A stretch of 64,000 nucleotides of DNA from NCBI RefSeq assembly GCF_003918875.1, contig NW_025765154.1, positions 124,001 to 188,000 on the forward strand. The letters are read 5' to 3'. Positions within the stretch are counted from its first letter, which is position 1. Every line of letters begins with the position of its first letter. This document shows, one piece after another, positions 51,373-64,000 of the stretch. Origin of the DNA: Haliotis rubra. Its lineage: Eukaryota. The notes under the pieces are model-generated. The model ran no database searches and had not been told where the DNA came from. It saw nothing but the letters and a program-made list of their open reading frames with translations. The position numbers and the translations under genes are program-made.

Positions 51373-52116
51373 TGGAGGCTGCAGTTGGTAGGTGACACCT
51401 CTCTTTCCCTCTGTTACATTTGGACTGCACAATTACATTGCTCAAGCACTCTGCAGACTGTTTTTGCCTCCTTCCACTGTACTAGTCAGATTAGGTTCAC
51501 ACAAAAGGCTCCCTGGCTGACAGATTCCTCCCACAACCAACTCACACTGTCAGCCCTGGGTTTCTGCTCAAGACACAACGACCTTGCAGACGACCTTTCC
51601 CTCCAGGTTTTGTCATTACATACAGTGAAACCATAATCCAAACATAGATATTCTCAATGGTTGTACAGAGTTTCAAAATAATCTGTTTGTATATGGTTAT
51701 ATTGTACTTCATAAAAATGTCCATTCAATTGTTGGTGTCTGCACAGAGAAAACAGAAAATTTGTGAATCCAAACTATCTTATACCTCAAAAAACAGTTTC
51801 CTCCATGTTTATCCTCAACTAACAGTGCTCAACTTATGGAAATCATAAGTCACCTGTCCTGGTACCATTCACTGGGAGTTCTCTACTTGGCAGATTTAGA
51901 CATTTGTTTTTAAATGACCAGTAGTAACCTTATTTTATTAGTTTGTAGCTTGTCCAGCATATATGAGACAAACAATCTTCCTTATTTCACATTTTTCATT
52001 ATTTTTATACAGTTCCAATTCATAGCTACCTGAAAGCATTGAGAACTGGTTCAAAATTGAAAATATGGCCCTCAATGCTACATTTGAAGTATATCTGCAA
52101 CCTCAGCACCACTAAG

Positions 52117-52343
52117 CAGGCAAAGAAACCTTTCAAAATTTCCCACTAGACCACAGGACCAGTGAGTGGACAATAATTAGTGGTCCTGTCTGTACGTCAC
52201 TGGTCCAAAATAACATTCATAGATTTACTTACCTATCAAAACAAAATTCACTGGCCACCAGGACCACTTCAAACAGCATTTAGTGGTCCTGATGAAATTT
52301 TTCTAGCCAATGACCACAGGACCAGCGTAAATTTCGCACACTA
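52117..52343. mobile_element. Degenerate non-autonomous DNA transposon (hAT-like) with repeated GGACCA motifs
   Basis: Multiple GGACCA/TGGTCC subterminal motifs; right end AATTTCGCACACT; left TIR and TSD unclear. Confidence 0.45.
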
Positions 52344-52957
52344 AGTAGGCTTCAGATAGTGCACTACTGCTACTTTCAAAGGCAGCTTGCTCACAAAATC
52401 ATAGATATAATCTTGCTGAATCAGCATTTTTTATTGTGAGGTCATCAGTGTCAAATCCAGGCTTAAGTCAGAATAGACAGTTGTTTCACCAATCAGAAAA
52501 CAGTCTACTTTAGATTCTTGCTTAACATCAACAATAAACTTCTTATCATACATGTATGTGCTCATGGACACAATTGGTCCACATCACAACTTCAGACCTA
52601 TCGATGGGCATAATGTTAGTATTGGTCCAGGTTATCTAATCAATATATTCATGAATGACATCTCATGACCTGTCAGAATACCAATTGGACCTTCACTATA
52701 TGCATCCATCTATTTGACTGTCTCCACCAGTTCCAGGGGGCACAAGGGACCAAGTCATTAAAGCACAGCCCAGAAATATATGAGGATGGGTTCGAATCCC
52801 AGATTCTGTCTGATTATGGTTCTAGGTTTGATCGTTTGTTTGAAATAGTGGTAAACATCTACAGCATCACTTAAGCTGTTCCATTGATTCAGGCTTATAC
52901 ACTTGTTCGGAGTGATAAACTGTTCCAAGTTATTTTTAACCTAAGTCACTCTTTCAA

Positions 52958-53234
52958 TAGGGGCGAAACGGTACGTATTGCGGTACAAGACCTTCGGTTC
53001 GGTCCATTTCGGTTTGGTATATGAGATATTATCATAATACACAAAAGAAAAGAAACGCATAGATTTTGACAAAATGTTTCAATTTCTAGACATTTTGGAA
53101 AAGGTTTAAAAAGGTTAATAAAATGACGATACAAAAACCGAAAATACCGATTTTTGGGATTGCATCACAGTATACTGAACTGAAGGCAACATAACGTGGT
53201 TCTACTAACACCGCAGTATACCGTTTCACCCCTA
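52958..53234. mobile_element. Non-autonomous hAT element, 8-bp TSD
   Basis: TIRs TAGGGGCGAAACGGTA / TACCGTTTCACCCCTA, exact TSD TCTTTCAA, subterminal CGGT/ACCG motifs. Confidence 0.92.
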
Positions 53235-53250
53235 TCTTTCAAACTAGTAG

Positions 53251-56200
53251 ATCAGGCATGGTGTATCCACATCCAAGTATTTGTTATAGCCCATATCATT
53301 CTAACTTGCTGGGATATAAGTGATATACTGTTTAAAGCACCCCCTCACAGGAGCAGGAGAAGCAAATCAGGGATGGTGTATCCACATCCAAGTATTTGTT
53401 ACAGCCCATATCTGGCTGGGATATAAGTGATATACTGTTTAAAGCACCCCCTCACAGGAGCAGGAGAAGCAAATCAGGCATGGTGTATCCACATCCAAGT
53501 ATTTGTTACAGCCCATATCATTCTAACTTGCTGGGATATAAGTGATATGCTGTTTAAAGCACCCCCTCACAGGAGTAGGAGAAGCAAATCAGGGATAGTG
53601 TATCCACATCCATGTATTTGTTATAGCCCATATCTGGCTAACTTGCTGGGATGTAAGTGATATACTGTTCAAAGCACTCCCTCACAGTAGCAGGTCAAGC
53701 AAATCAGGGGTAGTGTATCCACATCCATGTATTTGTTATAGCCCATATCTGGCTAACTTGCTGGGATATAAGTGATATACTGTTCAAAGCACCCCCTCAC
53801 AATAGAAGATCAAGCAAATCAGGCATGGTGTATCCACATCCATGTATTTGTTATAGCCCATATCTGGCTAACTTGCTGGGATGTAAGTGATACACTGTTC
53901 AAAGCACCCCCTCACAGGAGCAGGAGAAGCAAATCAGGCATGGTGTATCCTCATCCATGTATTTGTTATAGCCCATATCTGGCTAACTTGCTGGGATGTA
54001 AGTGATACACTGTTCAAAGCACCCCCTCACAGGAGCAGGAGAAGCAAATCAGGCATGGTGTATCCTCATCCATGTATTTGTTATAGCCCATATCTGGCTA
54101 ACTTGCTGGGATATAAGTGATATACTGTTCAAAGCCTTCCCTCACAATAGAAGATCAAGCAAATCAGGCATGGTGTATCCTCATCCATGTATTTGTTATA
54201 GCCCATATCTGGCTAACTTGCTGGGATATAAGTGATATACTGTTCAAAGCCTTCCCTCACAATAGAAGATCAAGCAAATCAGGCATGGTGTATCCTCATC
54301 CATGTATTTGTTATAGCCCATATCTGGCTAACTTGCTGGGATGTAAGTGATACACTGTTCAAAGCACCCCCTCACAGGAGCAGAAGAAGCAAATCAGGCA
54401 TGGTGTATCCACACCCATGTATTTGTTATAGCCCATATCTGGCTAACTTGCTGGGATATAAGTGATATACTGTTCAAAGCCTTCCCTCACAATAGAAGAT
54501 CAAGCAAATCAGGCATGGTGTATCCACATCCATGTATTTGTTACAGCCCATATCTGGCTAACTTGCTGGGATAAAAGTGATATACTGTTTAAAGCACCCC
54601 CTCACAATAGAAGATCAAGCAAATCAGGCATGGTGTATCCACATCCATGTATTTGTTATAGCCCATATCTGGCTAACTTGCTGGGATATAAGTGATATAC
54701 TGTTCAAAGCACCCCCTCACAATAGAAGATCAAGCAAATCAGGCATGGTGTATCCACATCCATGTATTTGTTATAGCCCATATCTGGCTAACTTGCTGGG
54801 ATGTAAGTGATACACTGTTCAAAGCACCCCCTCACAGGAGCAGGAGAAGCAAATCAGGCATGGTGTATCCTCATCCATGTATTTGTTACAGCCCATATCT
54901 GGCTAACTTGCTGGGATGTAAGTGATACACTGTTCAAAGCACCCCCTCACAGGAGCAGGAGAAGCAAATCAGGCATGGTGTATCCTCATCCATGTATTTG
55001 TTATAGCCCATATCTGGCTAACTTGCTGGGATATAAGTGATATACTGTTCAAAGCCTTCCCTCACAATAGAAGATCAAGCAAATCAGGCATGGTGTATCC
55101 TCATCCATGTATTTGTTATAGCCCATATCTGGCTAACTTGCTGGGATATAAGTGATATACTGTTCAAAGCCTTCCCTCACAATAGAAGATCAAGCAAATC
55201 AGGCATGGTGTATCCTCATCCATGTATTTGTTATAGCCCATATCTGGCTAACTTGCTGGGATGTAAGTGATACACTGTTCAAAGCACCCCCTCACAGGAG
55301 CAGAAGAAGCAAATCAGGCATGGTGTATCCACACCCATGTATTTGTTATAGCCCATATCTGGCTAACTTGCTGGGATATAAGTGATATACTGTTCAAAGC
55401 CTTCCCTCACAATAGAAGATCAAGCAAATCAGGCATGGTGTATCCACATCCATGTATTTGTTACAGCCCATATCTGGCTAACTTGCTGGGATAAAAGTGA
55501 TATACTGTTTAAAGCACCCCCTCACAATAGAAGATCAAGCAAATCAGGCATGGTGTATCCACATCCATGTATTTGTTATAGCCCATATCTGGCTAACTTG
55601 CTGGGATATAAGTGATATACTGTTCAAAGCACCCCCTCACAGGAGCAGGAGAAGCAAATCAGGCATGGTGTATCCTCATCCATGTATTTGTTATAGCCCA
55701 TATCTGGCTAACTTGCTGGGATATAAGTGATATACTGTTCAAAGCACCCCCTCACAGGAGCAGGAGAAGCAAATCAGGGATGGTGTATCCACATCCAAGT
55801 ATTTGTTATAGCCCATATCTGGCTAACTTGCTGGGATATAAGTGATATACTGTTTAAAGCACCCCCTCACAATAGAAGATCAAGCAAATCAGGCATGGTG
55901 TATCCACATCAATGTATTTGTTATAGCCCATATCTGGCTAACTTGCTGGGATGTAAGTGATATACTGTTCAAAGCCTTCCCTCACAACAGAAGATCAAGC
56001 AAATCAGGCATGGTGTATCCTCATCCAAGTATTTGTTACAGCCCATATCTGGCTAACTTGCTGGGATATAAGTGATACACTGTTCAAAGCACCCCCTCAC
56101 AGGAGCAGGAGAAGCAAATCAGGCATGGTGTATCCTCATCCATGTATCTGTTATAGCCCATATCTGGCTAACTTGCTGGGATATAAGTGATATACTGTTT

Positions 56201-57280
56201 AAAGCACCCCCTCACAGGAGCAGGAGAAGCAAATCAAGGATGGTGTATCCTCATCCATATATTTGTTATAGCCCATATCGAGCTAACTTGCTGGGATGTA
56301 AGTGATACACTGTTTAAAGCACCCCCTCACAACAGAAGATCAAGCAAATCAGGCATGGTGTATCCTCATCCAAGTATTTGTTACAGCCCATATCTGGCTA
56401 ACTTGCTGGGATATAAGTGATACACTGTTCAAAGCACCCCCTCACAGGAGCAGGAGAAGCAAATCAGGCATGGTGTATCCTCATCCATGTATTTGTTATA
56501 GCCCATATCTGGCTAACTTGCTGGGATGTAAGTGATACACTGTTTAAAGCACCCCCTCACAATAGAAAATCAAGCAAATCAGGCATGGTGTATCCACATC
56601 CATGTATTTGTTATAGCCCATATCTGGCTAACTTGCTGGGATATAAGTGATATACTGTTCAAAGCCTTCCCTCACAATAGAAGATCAAGCAAATCAGGCA
56701 TGGTGTATCCTCATCCATGTATTTGTTACAGCCCATATCTGGCTAACTTGCTGGGATATAAGTGATACACTGTTCAAAGCACCCCCTCACAGGAGCAGGA
56801 GAAGCAAATCAGGCATGGTGTATCCTCATCCATATATTTGTTATAGCCCATATCTGGCTAACTTGCTGGGATATAAGTGATATACTGTTTAAAGCACCCC
56901 CTCACAGGAGCAGGAGAAGCAAATCAGGCATGGTGTATCCTCATCCATATATTTGTTATAGCCCATATCGAGCTAACTTGCTGGGATATAAGTGATATAC
57001 TGTTCAAAGCACCCCCTCACAGGAGCAGGAGAAGCAAATCAGGCATGGTGTATCCTCATCCATGTATTTGTTATAGCCCATATCTGGCTAACTTGCTGGG
57101 ATATAAGTGATATACTGTTCAAAGCCTTCCCTCACAATAGAAGATCAAGCAAATCAGGCATGGTGTATCCACATCCATGAATTTTGTTATAGCCCATATC
57201 TGGCTAACTTGCTGGGATGTAAGTGATATACTGTTCAAAGCACTCCCTCACAGTAGCAGGTCAAGCAAATCCACATCCAT
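53251..57280. repeat. 115-bp satellite, about 35 copies, with higher-order structure
   Basis: Monomer CAAATCAGGCATGGTGTATCC(A/T)CATCCATGTATTTGTTATAGCCCATATCTGGCTAACTTGCTGGGAT(A/G)TAAGTGATA(T/C)ACTGTT(C/T)AAAGC...; the ORF track repeats every 115 nt. Confidence 0.98.
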
Positions 57281-58292
57281 GTTCTTGCCATACAACCCTC
57301 ACACTGAGCTCTAACATCGCTGTCCAAATCGATGTGTGGTATTTATGCCTTGGACAATGTCTCTTACAAAATATTCAACCAAAGTCATACAAATGGCATT
57401 TGAACCCTGCATAATGGCGTGTAAGTATCATGAATGATAAATGCACGGGTTGCCTCCCTCCTTGTGATTATTTTGACATGACACCATTATCTGGGTCAAA
57501 TGAGCTAAATATCAGATTTGTTTAAAACGTACGGCAACTGACTTCCAATGCATGGTATTCAGTGTTCAAAATTAACAATAAAAGTCAAGAAGTCATGGTC
57601 ACAACCCAATTAAATTTAAAACATCAACATCAGTGAAATTTTTTCTCTATTATCAGACTAAACAAATTCCATTGAGTGTAATAGGCAAAATGGCAGTAAA
57701 AATTCTATGAATAGATCACTGAAAATCAGCGATGACACCAGGTGTTCTAAAGAAACGTAAGCACGTACTTTCCTAAAAGAAGGCCAGCCTCAAGAGATTT
57801 TCAAAGACGATTTAAACTTCAAACATTTAAACATCAAAATACGACCCAAAAAATTATACTGTCACATTTTATAATGAGAATGAGCCACCGGACTGTGCAA
57901 CGTTTGCCTCGGGTCTAGACACACGACATGATGTGGAAAGCCACAAACTGCAATCACTAGACTATTAGTCACTTCACACAGTTAAGCAAAGGTAGTTAAG
58001 AAACTCAGGTATTCTAAAGGTCAGAAACTGATACCAAGCAATACAATGACAAACTGATCTGTGTCAAGTCTTTCCATTAAGAATCCTTTTCAAGAGGCAA
58101 ATGTCCTTCACCATTTAGTAATAAAATCATGTTGATTCCACCAGGAAAACAACATATGTTTATTATTTTATTCAGCAAAAATCGTTATTATATTATTCCA
58201 GTCGGAACCTACATTCAATTAATGACGAACAACAAAATTTCTATTTGTCTTAGATGGGTCATCCAGGTGAAGAGATAGGATATTCGAGTCAA

Positions 58293-59686
58293 GAGTGAGT
58301 GAGTGAGTTTGGTTTTATGCCGCTTTTAGCAGTATTCCAACAATATCACGGCGGGAGACACCAGAAATGGGATTTACACATTTTGCACATGTGGGGAATC
58401 AAATCCGGGTCTTCTGCGTGACGAGCGGACCGGAAGCTTTATCCACTAGGCTACACCACCGCCCCATTTTTGAGGCAAGAATTAGAGAATAGAAGTACAA
58501 CTCAAAAGAAGTTAAGAACATAGAAAAAAGTATATATCACATGAAAATCAATAATAATAATAATATTAAGCCATTAAACTATGCACACATTCTATCAAAC
58601 TGGAGCCTAGTTTCATAAAGAATGTAACATATTTGGACAAAGTTTTGAAGATCATAAACTTAATCTGAAAATATTTTTGCTACATGTCTTGGCCACCTCC
58701 AAACAAGGGTTTTCTATAACCATGTCTGAAAAACCAAAACTTTAAGACTTTGGGCTTAATGGTGCTTCTAAAATTAGGCCAGAGAGAGAATCATTCAGCT
58801 AAATAATCAGTCAAGAACTAGTCAATATGAAGTCATCCTTATTCCATCCTCATACTCATAGTGGGATAGCCCAGTGGTCAATGCGTTTGCTTGTCACGTG
58901 GAAGGCCTGGGTTCGATTCCCCACATGGGTAAAATGTGTGAAGCCCATTATGGTGTCCCTTTCCATGATATTGCTGGAATATTGCTAAAAGCGGCATAAA
59001 ACCCAACTCAATCACTCACTCACAGTAGACTATTAGAGGTTGGTTTGTGGAGCTTCAAGAAATCTGAATTAAAACATTTGTAACAACTGGCACTGCATGT
59101 CACCAGTCCTGACTGAGCTGAGGACAAAGTATTTTATTCATCTTGGAGTTAATTTATCCAGGTTATAATTCAGAAGTAATTTATCAATGACAGGTTCCCC
59201 TTTGTTCGTTCAATGCAGCAATACCATTGTTAGTTACCAACAAAATCTGTTAAGTCAAAAGTTCAGCAGTTTGAGTTGAACACAACATGTTTCAGTTCAA
59301 TAATCACTGGGGATGAATATGAGTGACCGAGTGAGTCAGGTTTTATGCCTCTTTCAGCAGTATGCCAGCAATATCATGAAAATAGGCTTCAAACATTGTA
59401 CTCACATGAGGAATCAAAGCTGAGCCTTTGGCTTACCAAGCAAACGCTCTAGCTACAAGGCGACCACACTGACCTGGATGACTATGAGATGAGTTTATGT
59501 ATCATAATTTCTCTACACATGAGGGGCCATGGGGTAGCCTAGTGGTTAGAGCATTTGCTCCTCATGCCAAAGACCTGGGTTCGATTTCCCACATGGGTAC
59601 AATATGTGAAGCCCTTTTCTAGTATCTCCCACCATGATATTGCTGGAATATTGCTAAAAGCAGGGTAAAACTGTACTCACTCACTC
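58293..59686. mobile_element. Four SINE A copies (58293-58465 minus, ~58858-59022 plus, ~59320-59470 minus, ~59523-59686 plus)
   Basis: Consensus matches. Confidence 0.85.
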
Positions 59687-59949
59687 CTAGCACATACAAT
59701 CTATGTACTGTCATCTGTGGATGTGAGAACCCCCTGCTGGTATTTGGTGGTTAATGGCGTGACAACTGTCAGGTTACATTGTGGAAAGAGCATCTATTGC
59801 TATGGAATAACTATTCTCATCTGGCTCCCTTTTAATGCTGTTCTCATATCACATGAACACTTTTATAACCTACTCAGTTAATCACTTCCATAAATTTGAC
59901 TATGTTCACTGAAATTATATTTGAACAGTATTTCAGTTCACTATGGTAG

Positions 59950-60195
59950 GACCCGTGAAGGTTTGGGTTAGAATATTGATCTTCAGTAACCCATGCTTGT
60001 CGTAAGAGGCAACTAACGGGATCGAATGGTCAGGCTCACTGACTTGGTTGACACATGTCATCGGTTCCCAATTGCGTAGATCAATGCTCTTGCTGCTGAT
60101 CACTGGATTGTCTGGTCCAGACTCGATTATTTACAGACCGCTGCCATATTGCTGGAATATTGCTGAGTGTGGTGTAAAATTAAAGTCACTCACTC
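59950..60195 (+). mobile_element. Full-length SINE-like family B
   Basis: TSD TCACTATGG(T/A)AG; head GACCCGTGAAGGTTTGGGTTAGAATATTGATCTTCAG. Confidence 0.92.
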
Positions 60196-60429
60196 ACTAT
60201 GGAAGGAAAGCCCAAAGAAAGGCATGTCTTTGAGGTTTTCCACTGTAGTGAGACCAAGGGCATGGTTAAGGTGCTCACAAACATATACACATACTCTAGG
60301 CAAATCTGAGATTTGAACCAATCTTATAGCATCAGACTACTTGGACGGAGTCTTTGTGTATTCTTGGGTAGTCATGGGGCAGTGGGATAGCCCAGTGGTT
60401 AAGCAAGAGCTTGTGAAGCCAAACACCTA

Positions 60430-60536
60430 GGACCCGTTCCACAAAGCGATCGTAACCCTAAGATGATCGTAACTCCCATACTTTAACATAGACTTACGAC
60501 TGTCGTAGCGCTACGATCGCTTTGAGGAACAGGGAC
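60430..60536. mobile_element. Palindromic MITE inserted in a SINE A (~60376-60655, plus) just before the B box
   Basis: TIRs GGACCCGTTCCACAAAGCGATCGTA / TACGATCGCTTTGAGGAACAGGGAC, flanks CTA/CTG. Confidence 0.85.
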
Positions 60537-61031
60537 CTGGGTTTGATTTTCCAAATGGCCACAACATGAAAATTTCATTTTCTGATTTCCTGGTGTCCCC
60601 CGCTGCAATATTGCTAAAATACGTGAAAATCCACCGCACTCACTCCCTCACTCATTAGAGATGTCACTGTAATATTGTAATGTGATACTGATGTATCAGT
60701 AGATTATTCATGATGATAATGTATCAATTCAAACAATACATCATCAACATTACATGAAAAATTAATTGTAAAAGAAACACTTAAATTTGTTCAGATAACT
60801 ATAGTAACAATAGACAGTCAGAAAAACAACAATTCAATTTCAATCATGTAATGGAACAGTTTAGTTCACAGTCTAAAAGCTATCATTTATTAATTCAATT
60901 GATCTTCAGAAGTTGTTTTATCCATGCATACTAAGAATAATAAATCTAAATAACATACTAATACATTGTGATACTTAAGAGCAGATATATCAATACTAAA
61001 CTTTACAATCAATGACACCACTAGTGTTGAC

Positions 61032-61421
61032 TAGGGCTGCGCAATATAACCGGTTTACCGTTATTTACCGGTTCAGACATGAAAACGATCTGTATTGCGA
61101 TACGCTGATCGAAAACCGGTAGTTTGACTTGCATTCGGAAAACTTCGTAACACTCGGAAATCTTTGGATATTTCCTTTTTTCATTTGTGCCAAATATTAT
61201 TCACATTTTTATTTTTAATTATGAATAAAAGTTGTTATTAAAGCTTTATCAAGCATAGTGATTTTGCTGTGTATTTGCTCTATAAATCAAGCATTACCTC
61301 GATTATAAGTCATTTTTTGTTTAAAAATACTTCATGCAATATATTGCAATACATATCACAATACATGCTTTCGTATCGCAAAATATCGCAATATGAAAAT
61401 TCTCTGCAATACCCACAACTA
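61032..61421. mobile_element. Non-autonomous hAT element, 8-bp TSD
   Basis: TAGGGCTG left end, ...CAACTA right end, TSD GTGTTGAC, subterminal ACCGGT and ATTGC/ATCGC motifs. Confidence 0.75.
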
Positions 61422-61727
61422 GTGTTGACCCCTGTCAATCAATGGACCTGACATATACTGCAAGGTCTGATTTAACGGCTTATCTACGGTAGCTGTATAT
61501 CAACAAGCACCTTGTATCTACAGGTTCATGTAAGATTATCCAAGAAGAACAGTAGGTTATTGATCTACTTACAGTCTTGTTGGCTTGAGCATTTGGGTCA
61601 CTTCCTTCAGAGCTGAAACACACACCAGTATGGTTTATTCAAAATGTCAACATTAGCACAGTCATCACAAAAACAGTCAATTCTGGTGAAAAGCAATAAA
61701 ATTTGTAACAGATTTCAAAGTGTTTCA

Positions 61728-62050
61728 GTGAGTGAGTGAGTGGGTGGGTGAATCAGTGAGTGGTGAGTGAGGGAGAGTGATAGTGAGTGAGTGAGTGAGT
61801 TCAGTTTTACGCCGCCTTTAACAATATTCCAGCTATATCACAGCGGGGAACACCAGAAATGGGCTTCACATATTGTACCCATGTGGGGAATCGAACCCGG
61901 GTCTTCGGCGTGACGAGCGAACGCTACCCCACCGCCCCATAGAGTCAGTCAGTCAGTCAGTCAGTCAGTCAGTCAGCGAGTGAGTAAAAGGACCGAGTGA
62001 GTGAGTGAGTGAGTGAGTGAGTGAGTGAGTGAGTGAGTGAGTGAGTGAGT
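61728..62050 (-). mobile_element. SINE A (~61783-61938) flanked by expanded (GAGT)n and (AGTC)n
   Basis: Consensus match with microsatellites on both sides. Confidence 0.88.
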
Positions 62051-63000
62051 CTTTATACATGAATACTATTTGGAGACTTTGTCATGCATACTGGTTCACA
62101 TTCATATCCTTATCAATAAATATAGGTAGTTCATTATTGAACAGATATAGCTCAACAGGATGAAGATATGCACATATATGTAACACAGATATGCAATAAC
62201 AAAAAAGGATTGCAAAGCACCAAGTTTCCATCCTAAAGGTTCTCAGCAATGCTGACAATATAATCATAACATGCACAGCTACATTCTACACAATAATTAT
62301 AAATGAAATTGTGTCGTCTATTTAATCCCGTGAAATTATATAAAGGTTGAGATAAAAATGTACAGAGTGAGTGAGTCAGTCAGTCCTAATTTCCCTCTGA
62401 ACGCTGTGTCATGCCAGATGTTGGACTCTTGTGGAACCAATAATAACTGTGATGACAGAGGACAAGAATACTTGGGCCGAATCTGGCGTTTGAATCCACA
62501 ATCATAAGATTGTTTTAAACATATTTTATTCACAGAGAAAAGGATTAGGAACAAGTTCTCCAAATTAGAATACCCTCTCCTTGGTATGTACAAAGGTAAT
62601 TTAGATTCCCGCAACTAAAATGACAGCTAGTAGACAAGAAAGTAGTTCAAGCAGTTCATGTTCAAGAGTACACACATCCCAGACATGCGTAGTCAAGATG
62701 CGGCCGAATGAACATGGTATAGATCTTATAAAGAGTACCCCTACACAATACACATTTCAATAGTCCCATGGAGGTAACCATTTTTTAAACTTTTATATCA
62801 TATTTTGAATATGACCAGCCCATTTTCCATTGAGGGTAAGGTTAACTCCAAGATCTTTATGATTATCAACAATTTTAATTTCAACACCGTCAAAGTAAAG
62901 ATGGGATATATCGATATCATTTTTCATCGAGAATAGGACAGCTTCCATCTTTTCTGGGTTGTACATAATTAGCTATCTTTTACCTCAAATATCTAACTGG

Positions 63001-63166
63001 CAGGGATTGGGAAAGGCAGGGCCATTTTGCACATTAGAATAATAAATGGCCCATTAAAATTTTGAACTTTGCTATTGATACAAGGGTTTTGGCCCATTCT
63101 AAATTCAGAAAATGGCTAATAATCCTGAAAATGGCCCATTGTCAAAGTTCTCTATCCCACTCCCTG
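63001..63166. mobile_element. hAT-like MITE with 6-bp TSD
   Basis: TIRs CAGGGATTGGGA / TCCCACTCCCTG, TSD AACTGG, repeated (AAT)GGCCCATT motifs. Confidence 0.8.
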
Positions 63167-63727
63167 AACTGGCATAACTTAGCATTTAGATTCATTTCAA
63201 TAATCCAGTTATCAGGTGAAGAATAACCTGGAGACGAGTCATAAGCAAATAGACATGTTAAGCAATCAAATTCATCTGCTATATCATTAATGTATACAAT
63301 GAATAATTAAGATCCTCACATGCAGCAGAGATTCAACCTATGCACTGCTGGGCAATGTGCCTTAAATGACTGATCAACTTTTGCCCTAAACAACCTTTAT
63401 AAAATAATGGTCACAGAATAAAATATATAAATTTAATTCAAACCATAGCCTGAGACACTGTAACTCACCTGGATATGTCAACAAATACAGATGCTGAACA
63501 ATTTTCTGTCAGTTTTGATATTCACAAACAATTTGGCATATAATATGGCACCATCATGAAAAGAAAAATACAAGCCAAAAGTTAACTCTCAGTTTGGTAA
63601 TTCCTCTGGAGAAGAATAGGCATGGACGAAGGTTAATAAATCATTACCAAAATTTATAATATTGCAAAACTGCAATATATGTGCTTTCACCAACCACCAA
63701 CTGATAATGAACAAATTTCATCAAATG

Positions 63728-63969
63728 CAGAGGTGGAAATAACTTTAAAATTGCTAGTGTTCTCCGGTACAGTGGCACATGTAAAATCACTTGCCCTGAT
63801 AATTTTTCCACTATACCGGCCGATATTTTGGGTGATTTTTTATATAAGCAACATAATTAACATTGGAATGTCAACCGGACACCAGTACAGCGTGATATAC
63901 AAATGTGCTTGCCCGACAGAAAAAAAACACTGGACTCGGACGTCGGGCAATGGGTTATTTCCACCCCTG
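63728..63969. mobile_element. hAT-like MITE with 5-bp TSD
   Basis: TIRs CAGAGGTGGAAATAAC / GTTATTTCCACCCCTG, TSD AAATG. Confidence 0.8.
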
Positions 63970-64000
63970 AAATGTCAAATCTGAGACGTGACCGTAAACA

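Noticed and set aside
53196-57414. Series of 77-aa ORFs or a CRISPR-like array
   Set aside because: Pure 115-bp tandem satellite: no unique spacers, no cas genes, eukaryotic context, and the ORFs shift frame every unit.

Overview
AT-rich, intron-dominated invertebrate genomic DNA. The SINE families with (ACTC)n tails look like those of gastropod molluscs such as abalone, which is an inference. The window holds one protein-coding gene, on the minus strand: a Krüppel-like factor of the KLF3/8/12 (CtBP-recruiting) group. It can be assembled from phase-compatible GT-AG exons 29149-28589, 21316-21208, 12852-12762, 12092-11911 and 8681-8509 (1116 nt, 371 aa). The protein has two psi-K-x-E SUMO motifs, an acidic tract, QTEPVDLS plus a second GLDLR motif, and three C2H2 fingers. 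The sequence also supports an alternative first coding exon (22258-22196, MHMSSATADDFAWLYWEQQTK) with its own promoter. An intron starts 2 nt after the stop codon, and the following terminal exon (from 6130) could also give a one-finger isoform. The rest is repeats: about 30 tRNA-Asp-like SINEs; about 13 copies of a second SINE-like family with no tRNA head and a structured 5' end; palindromic Harbinger-like MITEs with CWG target duplications (two inserted at the same site of the SINE); hAT-like elements with 8-, 6- and 5-bp TSDs; an L2/CR1-type LINE 3' end; several minisatellites; a 4-kb 115-bp satellite with a 920-bp higher-order repeat; and one 153-N gap. Repeat boundaries were read by eye and are approximate unless a TSD is given.
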